Assembly (NCBI GenBank): GCA_005239955.1
Contig: SBAW01000024.1
Location: 1 to 51,974, forward strand
Reading direction: 5' to 3'
Origin: a bacterium
GTDB lineage: Bacteria; Patescibacteriota; Minisyncoccia; Phycocordibacterales; SBAW01
DNA: 51,974 nucleotides
The translations under genes and the position numbers were made by a program. The notes beneath the pieces are model-generated. The model did not search any database, had not been told where the DNA came from, and worked only from the letters and a program-made list of their open reading frames with translations. This document shows, in pieces, positions 8,783 to 19,035 of this stretch. Numbering within the stretch: position 1 is the stretch's first letter; each line of letters starts with the position of its first letter.

Positions 8783-9605
8783 CACGTACATCCGACTTCG
8801 CTCAGTATCGTGAGCCTGTCGAACGATATCCCCCACTTTCATGGAGCGTAGACTATATCTTCTTCCGTCCGATAGGTATCGGCGAGGAAGGCGGCATCTT
8901 ACCTGTATGAGCCGTCGCTCTCTGTGGAGCGATTCGCCGTCATACAAGTCCGAGTGTCTTTCAACTCAAGTCGTTACGGGGTCAAACCAAGAACCGTAAG
9001 CAGCTCTGGTAGCGTTCTTTTGCGCCTTGTTGCGTAATTCTCATTTTGAATCACGAGCATAAGCGCCGCTAACCGTCTCAGCTGCTTTTCACCTAGCTTT
9101 TTGTGTGGAGATTCAGAAAGAATATGTGCCGCCGTATACAGGGCACGTGCTTGCGCACGTTTAAACCGTATATGCGGCATGAGCATACGGAGTATGTTCC
9201 GTACTTGGGCATGCCCGTTTACTCGGAGCTCGGTCATGCCGTCGTTTCGTCTTGAAACGTAGCCGATACCAAGCACCTTTTGAATCCAATACAACTCTTT
9301 TTCATGCCGAGTATCTTGATAGAAGCAGATCGTAGTCATGAAGCGTCGCTTCAGGGCTCCATCTTTTCGCTTTTTGATTTGGAGCATCAGACTACCATCG
9401 CCATCAAGAAAACCGGCAATGTACGCTAGGGATGTTTTTGGTCGACTTCCCACGGTATTATCGTATCGCTTTTCTGGTCCTCAAGCAAGTCTCTTATCCA
9501 CGGACTAGGGGGATAAAAGACTCTCGGACCAAAACGCGATAGACGACTTCACCGTTATAAGCCGCATTGTCATCGCGCATCTCTGCGCGAAGTAGCAATT
9601 TATTT
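8783..9605 (-). mobile_element. Group I intron in the sarcin-ricin loop (after U2656 equivalent) with a LAGLIDADG ORF
   Basis: Removing 8783-9605 restores CTAGT|ACGAGAGGACC. The 5' exon ends in U and the intron ends in G. R-like CGTAACGACTT and S-like AAGATATAGTC elements are present. Confidence 0.88.
8974..9453 (-). CDS. Intron-encoded single-motif LAGLIDADG homing endonuclease
   Basis: YIAGFLDGDGS motif; 159 aa; lies inside the 23S intron. Confidence 0.92.
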   Translation of the reverse strand: MGSRPKTSLAYIAGFLDGDGSLMLQIKKRKDGALKRRFMTTICFYQDTRHEKELYWIQKVLGIGYVSRRNDGMTELRVNGHAQVRNILRMLMPHIRFKRAQARALYTAAHILSESPHKKLGEKQLRRLAALMLVIQNENYATRRKRTLPELLTVLGLTP

Positions 9606-9668
9606 ACTAGGAACGAATCCCTTCAAGAATCAACGCCTGCAGTAGATAGGAGACCAACCTGTCTCACG

Positions 9669-9984
9669 CATGTTCTCACAGATTGCTCTGTGCATTGGAC
9701 TGTAGCTTTGTCTGCGTACGCAGACATCTGACGTTCAGTCTCTACGGGTCGATTCTTATCACTCGTGGTGAGCGAAGTCGAACCATTCCCTCGGTATAGC
9801 CCTTCGCTTGCGCTCAGGATTCCACCGATATTAGTCAGCTTGTTTGTACTGATGCGCAATGCGCAGAAGTACAACCGCCGTGATGTGATTGGTTTATCTT
9901 TTTGATGACGAAAAAACATTTTTTAACGATAACTCTCTCAATGGGATTCAGACTGTCCTGAAGCGAAACGTATTTCGCTGAAGG
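9669..9984 (-). mobile_element. Group I intron at 23S position 2593 equivalent, with no intact homing endonuclease
   Basis: Removal restores TTCAGACCGT|CGTGAGACAG with U|...G boundaries. P1/IGS pairing TTCAGACCGTCCT with AGGACAGTCTGAA; R-like CGTAGAGACTG and S-like AAGCTACAGTC. Confidence 0.9.
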
Positions 9985-10647
9985 ACGGTCTGAACCCAGC
10001 TCGCGTACCTTTTTAATTGGCGAACAGCCAAACCCTTAGGACCTTCTCCAGCCCCGGGATAAGGTGAGCCGACATCGAGGTGCCGAACTCCGCCGTCGCT
10101 CTGGACGCTTAGGCGGAACTAGCCTGTTATCCCCAGAGTAGCTTTTGTCAGATGGTCTTCCGCCGCGTCTAACGCGTACGGTCGGTTCACTATGTCCTGC
10201 TTTCGCACCTGCTCGGCACTTACGCCTTACAGTCAAGCCCTCTTATGCCATTGCACTATCGGCACGGTTTCCATCCGCGCCTAGAGGACCTTAATGAACT
10301 CCTCCGTTACTTTTTAGGAGGATAGCGCCCCACTAAAACCGCCTGCCAGATACTGTCTCCGCTCGTTTTTGCCGCTCGGGTTAGTGCATACAACTAGAAA
10401 GAATGGTATTTCACTGACGAGTCCATACCAGCCGAAACCGATACTTCAATCTCTCCCATCTATGCTACGCAGTCACGTCGTATACACAATATCAAGCTAC
10501 AGTAAAGCTTCTGGGGTCTTTTCGTCTAACTGCAGGTAACCGGCATCTTCACCGGTACTGTATTTTCACCGGGCTGTTCTCCGAGACAGTCCCCCACTCA
10601 TTACACCATTCGTGCGCGTCGGAACTTACCCGACAAGGTATTTCGCT

Positions 10648-11331
10648 CTTCGATACCTTCACGAAGGACTCTATCTTCATCCCGCAGTAGCGGGAGCATG
10701 GCGTTTGGTCTCTGAGGATTTCAAGAATTGAGATTTTTGCTTACGGTTCATCGACTCAATTGTACGAGCAATTAACCGCAAACCAGACATTGTGAGATGT
10801 CTCTTTTGATACACTAGCTTCACAATATCCGCGAATAACTCAAAATCTTTTTGTTTTGCAGTACGCAATCGATGTGCACGGAAGAAAGGAATTATTTTCT
10901 CCTGTAGGTCCACAATGGATCTCACACAAAAACGATAGAGATTCTCACGATGATTGTCGTATCGCTTATTCCGAAAGATTTTTCCACATTGGAAATATCG
11001 TTCGAAGATTTCAAGTGCTGGCAAGCTTTTCTGACCTTGTGTTATCACAAATTCAGGAAATACTTGCCATCCGTACTTAGTGGTTTTGTTTCGAAAGATG
11101 CTGACGGTAAAGCATCCTTCTCCGTCGGTAAATCCGACGATCCACTGCTCAATTCTTGACCTTTCCTGCTGATTAATCATCTATGGGATAAATATACCAT
11201 AGACACTTTCTAGCATATGGCCATGTTTGGACTGACTATACATTGCTGTATAGCGAGGTAGCTTATTCGTTTACCATCCATAATCGTCCCAGTCCTACGC
11301 CGCACGTGCGCGTTGTGCGCACCCGCGGCAT
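10648..11331 (-). mobile_element. Group I intron at 23S position 1931 equivalent with a LAGLIDADG ORF
   Basis: Removal restores TCCTAAGGT|AGCGAAAT with U|...G boundaries. Q-like AATCAGCAGG, R-like CCTCAGAGAC and S-like AAGATAGAGTCC. Confidence 0.9.
10677..11180 (-). CDS. Intron-encoded single-motif LAGLIDADG homing endonuclease
   Basis: WIVGFTDGEGCF motif, FVITQ and IIPFF..L.T.K..DF. Confidence 0.93.
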   Translation of the reverse strand: MINQQERSRIEQWIVGFTDGEGCFTVSIFRNKTTKYGWQVFPEFVITQGQKSLPALEIFERYFQCGKIFRNKRYDNHRENLYRFCVRSIVDLQEKIIPFFRAHRLRTAKQKDFELFADIVKLVYQKRHLTMSGLRLIARTIESMNRKQKSQFLKSSETKRHAPATAG

Positions 11332-12807
11332 ACCTTAGGACGATTATAGTTATCGCCGACATTCACCAGGGCTTATACAGCGTCAGCACAACATCTTGCG
11401 ACATTGCACCGGCCGTAGTTGACCTTCTGGCATTGGTCAGGTGTCACCCCCTATACATCCTCTTACGAGTTCGCAGGGAGCTGTGTTTTTGGTAAACAGT
11501 TGGCAGGGGTACTTTCGCTGCGGCCCCGCCCCGCTTGCGCGGGAAAGGGCAGGCCTTATTCCGAAGTTACGGCCGCTTTTTTGCCGAGTTCCTTGGAGAA
11601 CACTCACCCGTTCGCCTTACTCTTCTCGAGCAGACCACCTGTGTCGGTTTGTGGTACGGATTTAGCTGTCATGAGTTTAGAAGTTTTTCTTGGAAGCGTG
11701 CTTTGTCGATTCGCCACGGCCTAAACCGCGACTAACCGCAGGGCTCGCGATTGCCATTAAAGGCGGATGCCGGATTTGCCTAGCACCCTCACTTACCGCA
11801 CGGACGCAAATCCAATAATGCGCCCGACATACTACGCTCCGTCACTCCATCACTGACAGCCAAAGTCACGGAATATTAACCGTGTATCCATCAGGTCCGG
11901 CTTTCGCCATACCCTTAGGACCGACTAACCCTTCGCTGATCACCGTTGCGAAGGAAACCTTGGTCTTTCGGCGTGCGGGGATCTCACCCGCATTGCGGTT
12001 ACTTGTGCCTGCATTCTCACTTCCATGCACTCCAGTATGGGTCACCCCTTTACCTTCATCGCAGCATGGAACGCTCTCCTACCACGCCACCTCGACGGAT
12101 CGAGATAGCATCCTCAGTTTCGGTACGACGTTTGAGCCCCGATTATCTTCGGCGCGAAATCTCTGGATGAGTGAGCTGTTACGCTTTCTTTGAATGATGG
12201 CTGCTTCTAAGCCTACATCCTCATTGTCAGAGAAATTTCACCTCCTTGTGATGCACTGAACGTCGATTTTGGGACCTTAACTTGAGATCCGAGCTCTTCC
12301 TCTTTTGACCACCGGAGCTTAGCCCCCGGAGTCTGACTGCATGCTAGTGGCCGCGGGTATTCGGAGTTTGATAGGATTAACGGGCTTTCGCTCTATTTAA
12401 TCCTTCCAGTGCTCTACCCCCCGCGGGTACGGCATACGCTAGTCCTAAAACTATTTCGGAGAGAACCAGCTATTACCAGATTCGATTAGCTTATCACTCC
12501 TTACCACAGGTCATCCGATAGTTTTGCACGGCTAACCGGTTCGGGCCTCCCTCCCGCTTTCGCGGAAGTTCACCCTGCCCATGGCAAGCTCATCTGGCTT
12601 CGGGTCTTTTTTGTGCTACAGGGTCGCGCTATTCACACTCGCTTTCGCTATGGCTCCGGGGGTTCGCCCCTTAGCCCAAAGCAGCACAAAAAAACTCGCA
12701 GGCTCATTCTTCAATAGGCACGCCGTCGAGGTCTCGCTTGCGCTTAACCTCTTCGACTCATTGTAAACACATGGTTTCAGATCTATTTCACTCCCCTTAT
12801 CGGGGTG

Positions 12808-12847
<40 letters not shown>

Positions 12848-13469
12848 TCCGAGAGTATTTAGCCTTACCGGTTAGTTCCGGCAGATTCACCCGAGCTATT
12901 CGTGTCTCGAGCTACTCAAGAACGATAACGAGAGAGATGATTCCTTTTCGTCTACGGGCCTATTACCCTCTGGGGCTATGCTTTCCAGCATATTCGACTA
13001 AAAAATCATTTTGTAACTCTCCGCACGTATAAGGTGCCGTTATCGCCTTACAACCCCCAGCATCAGTTACGCCACTCATCTTTCGATAAGTAGCTTAGCT
13101 GAAGCTAGGTTTGGGCTTCGTCCGTTTCGCTCGCCGCTACTTAGGACATACCAATTGGTTTCTTTTCCACCAGGTACTGAGATGTTTCACTTCCCTGGGT
13201 ATGCTCCGTGCGTCTATTGACGCTCGGTTCCTGTGATTTCTCACAGGAGAGTTTCCTCATTCGGAAATCTCCGGATCGAAGGTTGCTTGGCACCTCCCCG
13301 GAGCGTATCGCCGCCACGCTACGTCCTTCTTCGCCTCTCATGAGCCTAGGCATCCACCATGTGCTCTTGTTTCCACACTGGGAAACGTAAGAACCGCAAT
13401 AATGTGTTTTGTTTTCTTTTGCTTCCCCGCATCGTGTCCGCAATGCATGGGAAGTTACAGTTACTTGTT

Positions 13470-13609
13470 ATCCCGATAGTGAATTTTGCCGTTGATGCGC
13501 TTTGCATTTCCACGAACATACGGACCTTCGTTATAGATGGCGCGTAGTCAAAGATATGCAGAGTACACCGCGTCGCATCGAAATGCGACGGCAAAATCTA
13601 CTACGGGAT
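13470..13609. repeat. Inverted-repeat-bounded element (family C, copy 2) in the 23S leader
   Basis: ATCCCGATAGTGAATTTTGCCGT and ACGGCAAAATCTACTACGGGAT ends; similar to the ends of 2203-2328. Confidence 0.7.
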
Positions 13610-13730
13610 TGTTACCTTGAGCATGTCTGCTGTGATGCAGCATGCTCTTCCACCTCCGCATCAACTAGACCCCAAACGTTGTTTGAGTCAGATGCGTGAT
13701 GGGATTCTGTTGTCAATGACCACGTTTGAA

Positions 13731-13847
13731 GTCAAGTAAAAATCGATGAGATGCGCGGCGCAGGCGAGGAGTGAACCGAGCAATAGTTGTCGCTATTGCG
13801 AGGGAACACCGGAGCCTGCAACAAAGCAGATCGCGATTTTCACTGAC
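13731..13847 (+). repeat. Structured repeat family A, copy 1
   Basis: ATCGATGAGATGCGCG...GAGCAATAG-loop-CTATTG...CCGGAG...ACAAAGCAGAT aligns with the reverse complement of 38951-39040. Confidence 0.85.
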
Positions 13848-13961
13848 GTCGATATGAGAACAAAAAAACCGCTCTTGTGAGCGGCTCGGCTAATCTCGCA
13901 TATGCGAAATCACCAAGGCCGCGCCGTGAGGTTTTTAATAGTAACCATATCGATAAAAAAC

Positions 13962-13990
13962 AGTATATGCGCCGCGAAAACCTTTGTCAA
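13962..13990 (-). promoter_or_regulatory. Sigma70-type promoter of the 23S-5S unit
   Basis: TTGACA-N17-TATACT on the minus strand. Confidence 0.85.
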
Positions 13991-14037
13991 ATATGGGCGA
14001 AAATAGGCTTCGGGGGACAATGGTGGGGATAGTGGCG

Positions 14038-15942
14038 TTAGGCCGCACTCCCTCGTTTTTTAGGCCCAAAAGAAGGGGTTTTGTCATCCGAGATTGAGGG
14101 AGAGATATCCTTCCGCTCCGCTTCATCTTCAAGACGCGGCGCGGCGAATGTCTCCTCTTCCTCTCCCACACCAACAAAACCGCCGGCTTGAATGTTCCAA
14201 AGCTCGGCATAGAGCCCGCCGGCACGAATAAGCTCGTCGTGGGTACCGCTCGTCGCAACTCTCCCCTTCTCCATGACCACAATGCGATCCATAGAACGAA
14301 TAGTTGAGAGGCGGTGCGCAATGACAATCGTTGTTTTTCCTTTCATAAGAGTGGCGAGCGCTTCTTGAATAAGACGTTCCGATTCGGAATCGAGGCTCGA
14401 CGTTGCTTCATCGAGAATAAGAATGGGTGCGTTTTTAAGAAGCGCCCGTGCGATTGCAATACGCTGACGCTCGCCTCCGGAAAGCCTCACCCCGCGCTCA
14501 CCGACATAGGTCTGGTAACCTTCTGGAAATTTTTCAATAAACTCTGTGCAGTGTGCCAGCCGCGCAGCTTCAAAAACCTCCGTATCGGTCGCGTCACGAC
14601 GGCCGTAGCGAATATTGTCCATAAGGGTACGATGAAACAAAATGGGGTCTTGTGGTACTACCGCAATCGCATCACGGAGACTCTCTTGCGTGACATGCGC
14701 AATATTTTGTCCGTCAATAGAAATCATTCCGCTCCCAATGTCATAAAAGCGCAGGAGAAGTTTTATAACCGTCGACTTCCCTGCCCCGGAGGGACCAACA
14801 AGCGCAATTTTCTCGCGCGGTAGAACGGAGAGTGAGTAACCATCAAGAACTCGTCGTGTTTTTTTAAAATTAAAAGTAACGTTGCGAAATACAATAGCGC
14901 CTTCTTTGACAACGAGTGTGCTCGCCCGGGGCTTATCAGCCACTTCGTAGGGTTTCTCCATAATGGCGACCGTCTCCGCCGCGTCAGCAAAAGCCTCGAA
15001 CATCCGGCGCATCGTGCTCCCCAGGTTCCAGAGCCGTTCAAACAAGACCAGGAGGTACGCCTGAATAAGTGCAAAATCGCCGATTGTGAGAACCCCTCGC
15101 TGCCAGAGTTTTATTGCGGCGAAAAAGAGAACGAATTGAATGACGAGCATAAGGAGGCCGGTAACGCCACGTATAGCCTCATCAATATTCCACGAGAGTA
15201 CGCTCGCTCCCCGGAGCTCCTCGGTGACCTTCGAAAACCTTGCCGCTTCAGCTCTCCGCCCTGAAAAGAGTTTGACATTTGTCTCATTGGTAATGATGTC
15301 GGCGAGCACGCCGGTCTGCTCGGTATCTTTTGCCGATTTACGTTCATTGTATTTTTGCTTCCAGCGCGTTACGAGGTACTCTGCAGTCAAAAAGAGCGCG
15401 AGCCATATTGAAAGTGCTGCGCCAAGAAACACGTGACGATTGAAGAGAACGATCAAAATGCCCACCATAGAAATGGTAAGGGGGAAGAGATGGAAGAATA
15501 CCTGATCATAAAATTCCTCGTATGACCGTGCGAGACGACCTACTCTGCGCACCAATGAGCCGGCAAAATTATGGACAAAGAAATCGTAGGAGTGACCAAT
15601 CATATAGGAGAACGCGGCAGTAGAAAGATCGGCCATACCTCGTGCTTCGGAATACGTGAGCGCAACATGACTAATGCGCCGCCAGAACCATCCAAAGAGG
15701 CCAAGCAGGGATATGGTGATGAGGATTGCCAGGAGCGACTCAATGACGTTTGGCGTAGCGACGTCCGCCCCTGCCACAATATCGAGGAGTTTTTTAAAAT
15801 AGAGCGGAAGGATGATTTCGGTGAGGTGGACAAGACATGCGCCGCCGAACACAAGAAGGAGGAGCACGGGGTGCCGTGCCGTAAACCCCCAAAAGAGGCG
15901 GAGAATACTTTTTATTGAAGCGCGTTCGTACATGGGAACCAT
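14038..15942 (-). CDS. ABC transporter, fused permease/ATPase (MsbA/Atm1-like exporter); true start may be 15933
   Basis: Six-TM N-terminal domain, Walker A GPSGAGKS, LSGGERQR signature, ILDEATSSLD and IAHRLST. Confidence 0.95.
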   Translation of the reverse strand: MVPMYERASIKSILRLFWGFTARHPVLLLLVFGGACLVHLTEIILPLYFKKLLDIVAGADVATPNVIESLLAILITISLLGLFGWFWRRISHVALTYSEARGMADLSTAAFSYMIGHSYDFFVHNFAGSLVRRVGRLARSYEEFYDQVFFHLFPLTISMVGILIVLFNRHVFLGAALSIWLALFLTAEYLVTRWKQKYNERKSAKDTEQTGVLADIITNETNVKLFSGRRAEAARFSKVTEELRGASVLSWNIDEAIRGVTGLLMLVIQFVLFFAAIKLWQRGVLTIGDFALIQAYLLVLFERLWNLGSTMRRMFEAFADAAETVAIMEKPYEVADKPRASTLVVKEGAIVFRNVTFNFKKTRRVLDGYSLSVLPREKIALVGPSGAGKSTVIKLLLRFYDIGSGMISIDGQNIAHVTQESLRDAIAVVPQDPILFHRTLMDNIRYGRRDATDTEVFEAARLAHCTEFIEKFPEGYQTYVGERGVRLSGGERQRIAIARALLKNAPILILDEATSSLDSESERLIQEALATLMKGKTTIVIAHRLSTIRSMDRIVVMEKGRVATSGTHDELIRAGGLYAELWNIQAGGFVGVGEEEETFAAPRLEDEAERKDISPSISDDKTPSFGPKKRGSAA

Positions 15943-16044
15943 CTTACTCTACGGCGTACGGCCTTCATGCGGGAAACGCATGAAGGCCGTCGCATCTTAA
16001 TCGAGAGAAACCTAACCTATTGTCTCTTGGTGAGCGAGAGGCTC

Positions 16045-16737
16045 TTATTTGCCGTTCTTACCGACCTCTTGTCGCATCTTCTCGAGGAAACGCTGTGCTG
16101 CATCCTGGCCTCCGAGGCCAAACGCAAGACCGAACGCCAGCGAGATTGCAACGACAATGCCGGTAAAGAGCGTTTGGACGAAGGGAGTTGCAACACCTAG
16201 TTGTCCAAGAGCGGTGAGCGCAGCGAAGATCCAGATTGCCCACTGCGTGGTCGTACCAAGGAAGTTTGCTGACATCATCCCCGCGGCTTTTGCAGCCCCG
16301 GTGACGACATTGCGCATAACTTCCGCGACAACAGCGGAAACGAGTAGGATAAGAACCGCGACGATGACCTGTGGAAGGTAGAGAAGCACGACCTGCTGCA
16401 GGAAGACGTTGACTTGGCTAAGGCCCAAGACTTCAAGAGCCGTAACCAAGAAGACGATGATGACGAACCATTTCACTAAGGCGCCAAGGAATCCGCCTGA
16501 ATTAAGTGAAAAGCCCGCGCGACTAAGAACTTCGTCGACTCCTGCACTCCTGAGTGCATTGTCGATCTTCACCGCTTTGACCACCTGCTCAATGACGCGA
16601 GCAAGGATCGATCCAATAAGCCAGCCAATGACGAAGATGACTATTGCGACAATGAGATTGGGCAGGAAGTTCACTACCCCTGAGAGCAGGTCCTGAAACG
16701 ATTGCTGAAGGACCTCAAGCCATGTTTGCAATAACAT
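16045..16737 (-). CDS. Conserved TM-helix repeat membrane protein (CmpX/MscS-N-like)
   Basis: Two LP-NL/QV-I.A repeats and a C-terminal LAFGLAFGLGG motif. Confidence 0.75.
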   Translation of the reverse strand: MLLQTWLEVLQQSFQDLLSGVVNFLPNLIVAIVIFVIGWLIGSILARVIEQVVKAVKIDNALRSAGVDEVLSRAGFSLNSGGFLGALVKWFVIIVFLVTALEVLGLSQVNVFLQQVVLLYLPQVIVAVLILLVSAVVAEVMRNVVTGAAKAAGMMSANFLGTTTQWAIWIFAALTALGQLGVATPFVQTLFTGIVVAISLAFGLAFGLGGQDAAQRFLEKMRQEVGKNGK

Positions 16738-16915
16738 AAAGGTTGTTGATATGCCGAAAATCCGGCATATGCAAGTTAGTAATGGATTCAGAGCTCCGTT
16801 CGCACGAAACGGAGGCTATCGACCTTTTACCCTCTTCATTTTATCAACTCTCCCCCATCCTCGGTGAGCATCCTGTGGATAGTCTGTTGAAATGGTGCGG
16901 AAAGGTTGTGGAGGC

Positions 16916-17539
16916 TCAGTTGAGACCGATGCGGTCAAACGCGACGCGGTGGGGATAATCAAATACATCCCGGACCAGTCGATCGTTAATCCCCATGCGA
17001 TAGGTGAAATCAGGCGTTGAAAAAACAACGTAGCGCAACTCCCGTCCAAGCTCCGCCTCAACCGAGCGCATGATGCCGTCGAGTCGGCGCATTTTTATTC
17101 TGTCTCCCACAATGAGAAGGTCGATGCGACTATCCCACTCCCCCAAAAAGAGACCGGCCATCACAATGAGTTTAATTCTCCCGGCCTTCCCCACACGCTT
17201 TTTGAGCTCTGGCCCTGAAAGCGCACTACTGATAAGCAGCCGCTGAAGTGAGAGTGTGTACGGAAAGGCGCTGTGTAAGACGGCACCCGAGAATCGTTTT
17301 CGTTTGAGGATCTTCCTGCGCCGAGTGCGCACCAGAACCTCTCGAGCAACTCTTTTGCGCTTCAGAAGTCCGCTCGCAAGGAGAATAGGAAATTCTTTCC
17401 GAACTTCTTTGGGGGCGCTTTTGATGCGCACGGCTGCACCATCGGGATCGAACGCAACTCCTGGGTTAAAGAGAAAGAGACGCAAGAGTTTAACGCGAGT
17501 TCCCGATCCGAATAGCTTCCCTAACTGCGTAACGCCCAT
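16916..17539 (-). CDS. Hypothetical protein, N-terminal winged-HTH-like plus C-terminal nucleotidyltransferase-like domain
   Basis: LFGSGTRVKLLRLF N-terminus; GLF...SRIDLLIVGD and E.ELGRELRY. Confidence 0.6.
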   Translation of the reverse strand: MGVTQLGKLFGSGTRVKLLRLFLFNPGVAFDPDGAAVRIKSAPKEVRKEFPILLASGLLKRKRVAREVLVRTRRRKILKRKRFSGAVLHSAFPYTLSLQRLLISSALSGPELKKRVGKAGRIKLIVMAGLFLGEWDSRIDLLIVGDRIKMRRLDGIMRSVEAELGRELRYVVFSTPDFTYRMGINDRLVRDVFDYPHRVAFDRIGLN

Positions 17540-17586
17540 ATATTCAGTATTGCGCCGATTGTACCACCGCTTGGGATGGAATCCAG

Positions 17587-18462
17587 TCAGGAAGGGGCGC
17601 GAGGGCTCCGTGTTACCGCATCGCTAAACCGAGCCACACGGACCATTTGCTCTACATCGTGAACTCGGACAATATCAGCCCCTCGATCAATCGTGAGAGC
17701 AACTGCGGCTCCTGTCCCCTCAAGCCGCTCTTCCATCGGGAGATTAAGCGTATACCCAACAAATGATTTCCGCGATGGCCCCACGAGAAGCGGAAATCCG
17801 AGGGATCTAAATTCGTCTAACCGGTTGATAATTTCGAGATTTTGTTCGACGGTTTTCCCAAACCCGAGCCCCGGGTCAACGATGATGCGGTCGGACGAAA
17901 CTCCGGCCCTAAGAGCCCACGATACCGACTCCATGAGCTCGCGTTTAATATCTTCAATAAGGTTTTCATACACAACTCCCACATATCTGCCTCCCAGTTT
18001 GTTTTCTTGCTCAGCATCTTTTGGGCGACTGCGATTGTGCATAAGCACGAGGTAGACACCTGTTTCTGCCGCCACTTTTGCCACTTCTCTATCCATGCGA
18101 AGTCCCCACACATCATTAATAATCTGTGCTCCTACCGCGACGGCCTGCCGCGCTACTTCCGCTTTGTAGGTATCAATAGAAATAGGGACGTTGATGGTGC
18201 GCGAAAGTTCACGAATAACCGGAATGACACGCGCCAACTCTTCCTCGAGGGACACGGGAGTTCCTCCTGGTCGCGTTGACTCGCCTCCGACATCAATGAT
18301 GTCAGCGCCCTCTTTCACGTGCGCCTGTGCTTGCGCCAGAGCGTTCGCTACCACATCGCCTGAAGACGTCATGACGCCGTCGCCTGAAAAAGAATCGGGA
18401 GTAACGTTCACGATCCCCATCACATACGTGCGCGTGCCCCACGAAAAGAGCGGCTCTTTCAT
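17587..18462 (-). CDS. folP: Dihydropteroate synthase
   Basis: MGIVNVTPDSFSGDG, DVGGESTRPG, ISIDT, DPGLGFGK, SRKSF, RVHDV. Start at MKEPL overlaps the folK stop. Confidence 0.96.
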   Translation of the reverse strand: MKEPLFSWGTRTYVMGIVNVTPDSFSGDGVMTSSGDVVANALAQAQAHVKEGADIIDVGGESTRPGGTPVSLEEELARVIPVIRELSRTINVPISIDTYKAEVARQAVAVGAQIINDVWGLRMDREVAKVAAETGVYLVLMHNRSRPKDAEQENKLGGRYVGVVYENLIEDIKRELMESVSWALRAGVSSDRIIVDPGLGFGKTVEQNLEIINRLDEFRSLGFPLLVGPSRKSFVGYTLNLPMEERLEGTGAAVALTIDRGADIVRVHDVEQMVRVARFSDAVTRSPRAPS

Positions 18463-18953
18463 AGAGAAATACCGGCAGGCCAGACCTGTCTGTGCCAATT
18501 CCCGAGCCCATCCAATAGTTCTTGTACTGTTTTCTTGCTTGGAAGAAGCACGAGCCGAGGATTAAGGTCGCGAAGCGGCACCAACACAAACGCACGTTCA
18601 GAAATTCGAGGATGAGGAATAGTTAGTTCATCTGTCTCTATGCACTCCGACCCATAGAACAAAATATCGATATCAATAACGCGAGGGCCGAAACGCTCTC
18701 CCGCTTCGCGCCCGAGCTTCATTTCTATGTTCTTTGCTTCCATGAGAAGCTCTCGCGGAGAATAAGTGGTAACGCCCTGACACACCATGTTGTAAAAAGC
18801 AGGCTGGGTGGTGAGATAGAGTGGTGCAGTTTCATACAACGGAGAGAGACGCTCAATCGTGACATGAGTCCCAAGGGCCGTCAGCGCTTGTTGGATGTTT
18901 TTCATCCGGTCACCAAGATTTGAGCCGAGGGCGAGATATACCGTTTCGGTCAT
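18459..18953 (-). CDS. folK: 2-amino-4-hydroxy-6-hydroxymethyldihydropteridine diphosphokinase
   Basis: YLALGSNLGDR, GPRVIDIDIL, IPHPRISERAFVLVPL. Confidence 0.97.
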   Translation of the reverse strand: MTETVYLALGSNLGDRMKNIQQALTALGTHVTIERLSPLYETAPLYLTTQPAFYNMVCQGVTTYSPRELLMEAKNIEMKLGREAGERFGPRVIDIDILFYGSECIETDELTIPHPRISERAFVLVPLRDLNPRLVLLPSKKTVQELLDGLGNWHRQVWPAGISL

Positions 18954-18979
18954 GCGTAGCTCATAGTAGCGACCGAAGA

Positions 18980-19019
18980 AAAAGAAAACAACCGCGAACG
19001 GGCGGTTGTTTTCTTTTTG
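18980..19019. terminator. Bidirectional-type intrinsic terminator after the rplJL operon
   Basis: AAAAGAAAACAACCGC-loop-GCGGTTGTTTTCTTTTT. Confidence 0.75.
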
Positions 19020-19035
19020 CCTGCGGCTGCAAGGT

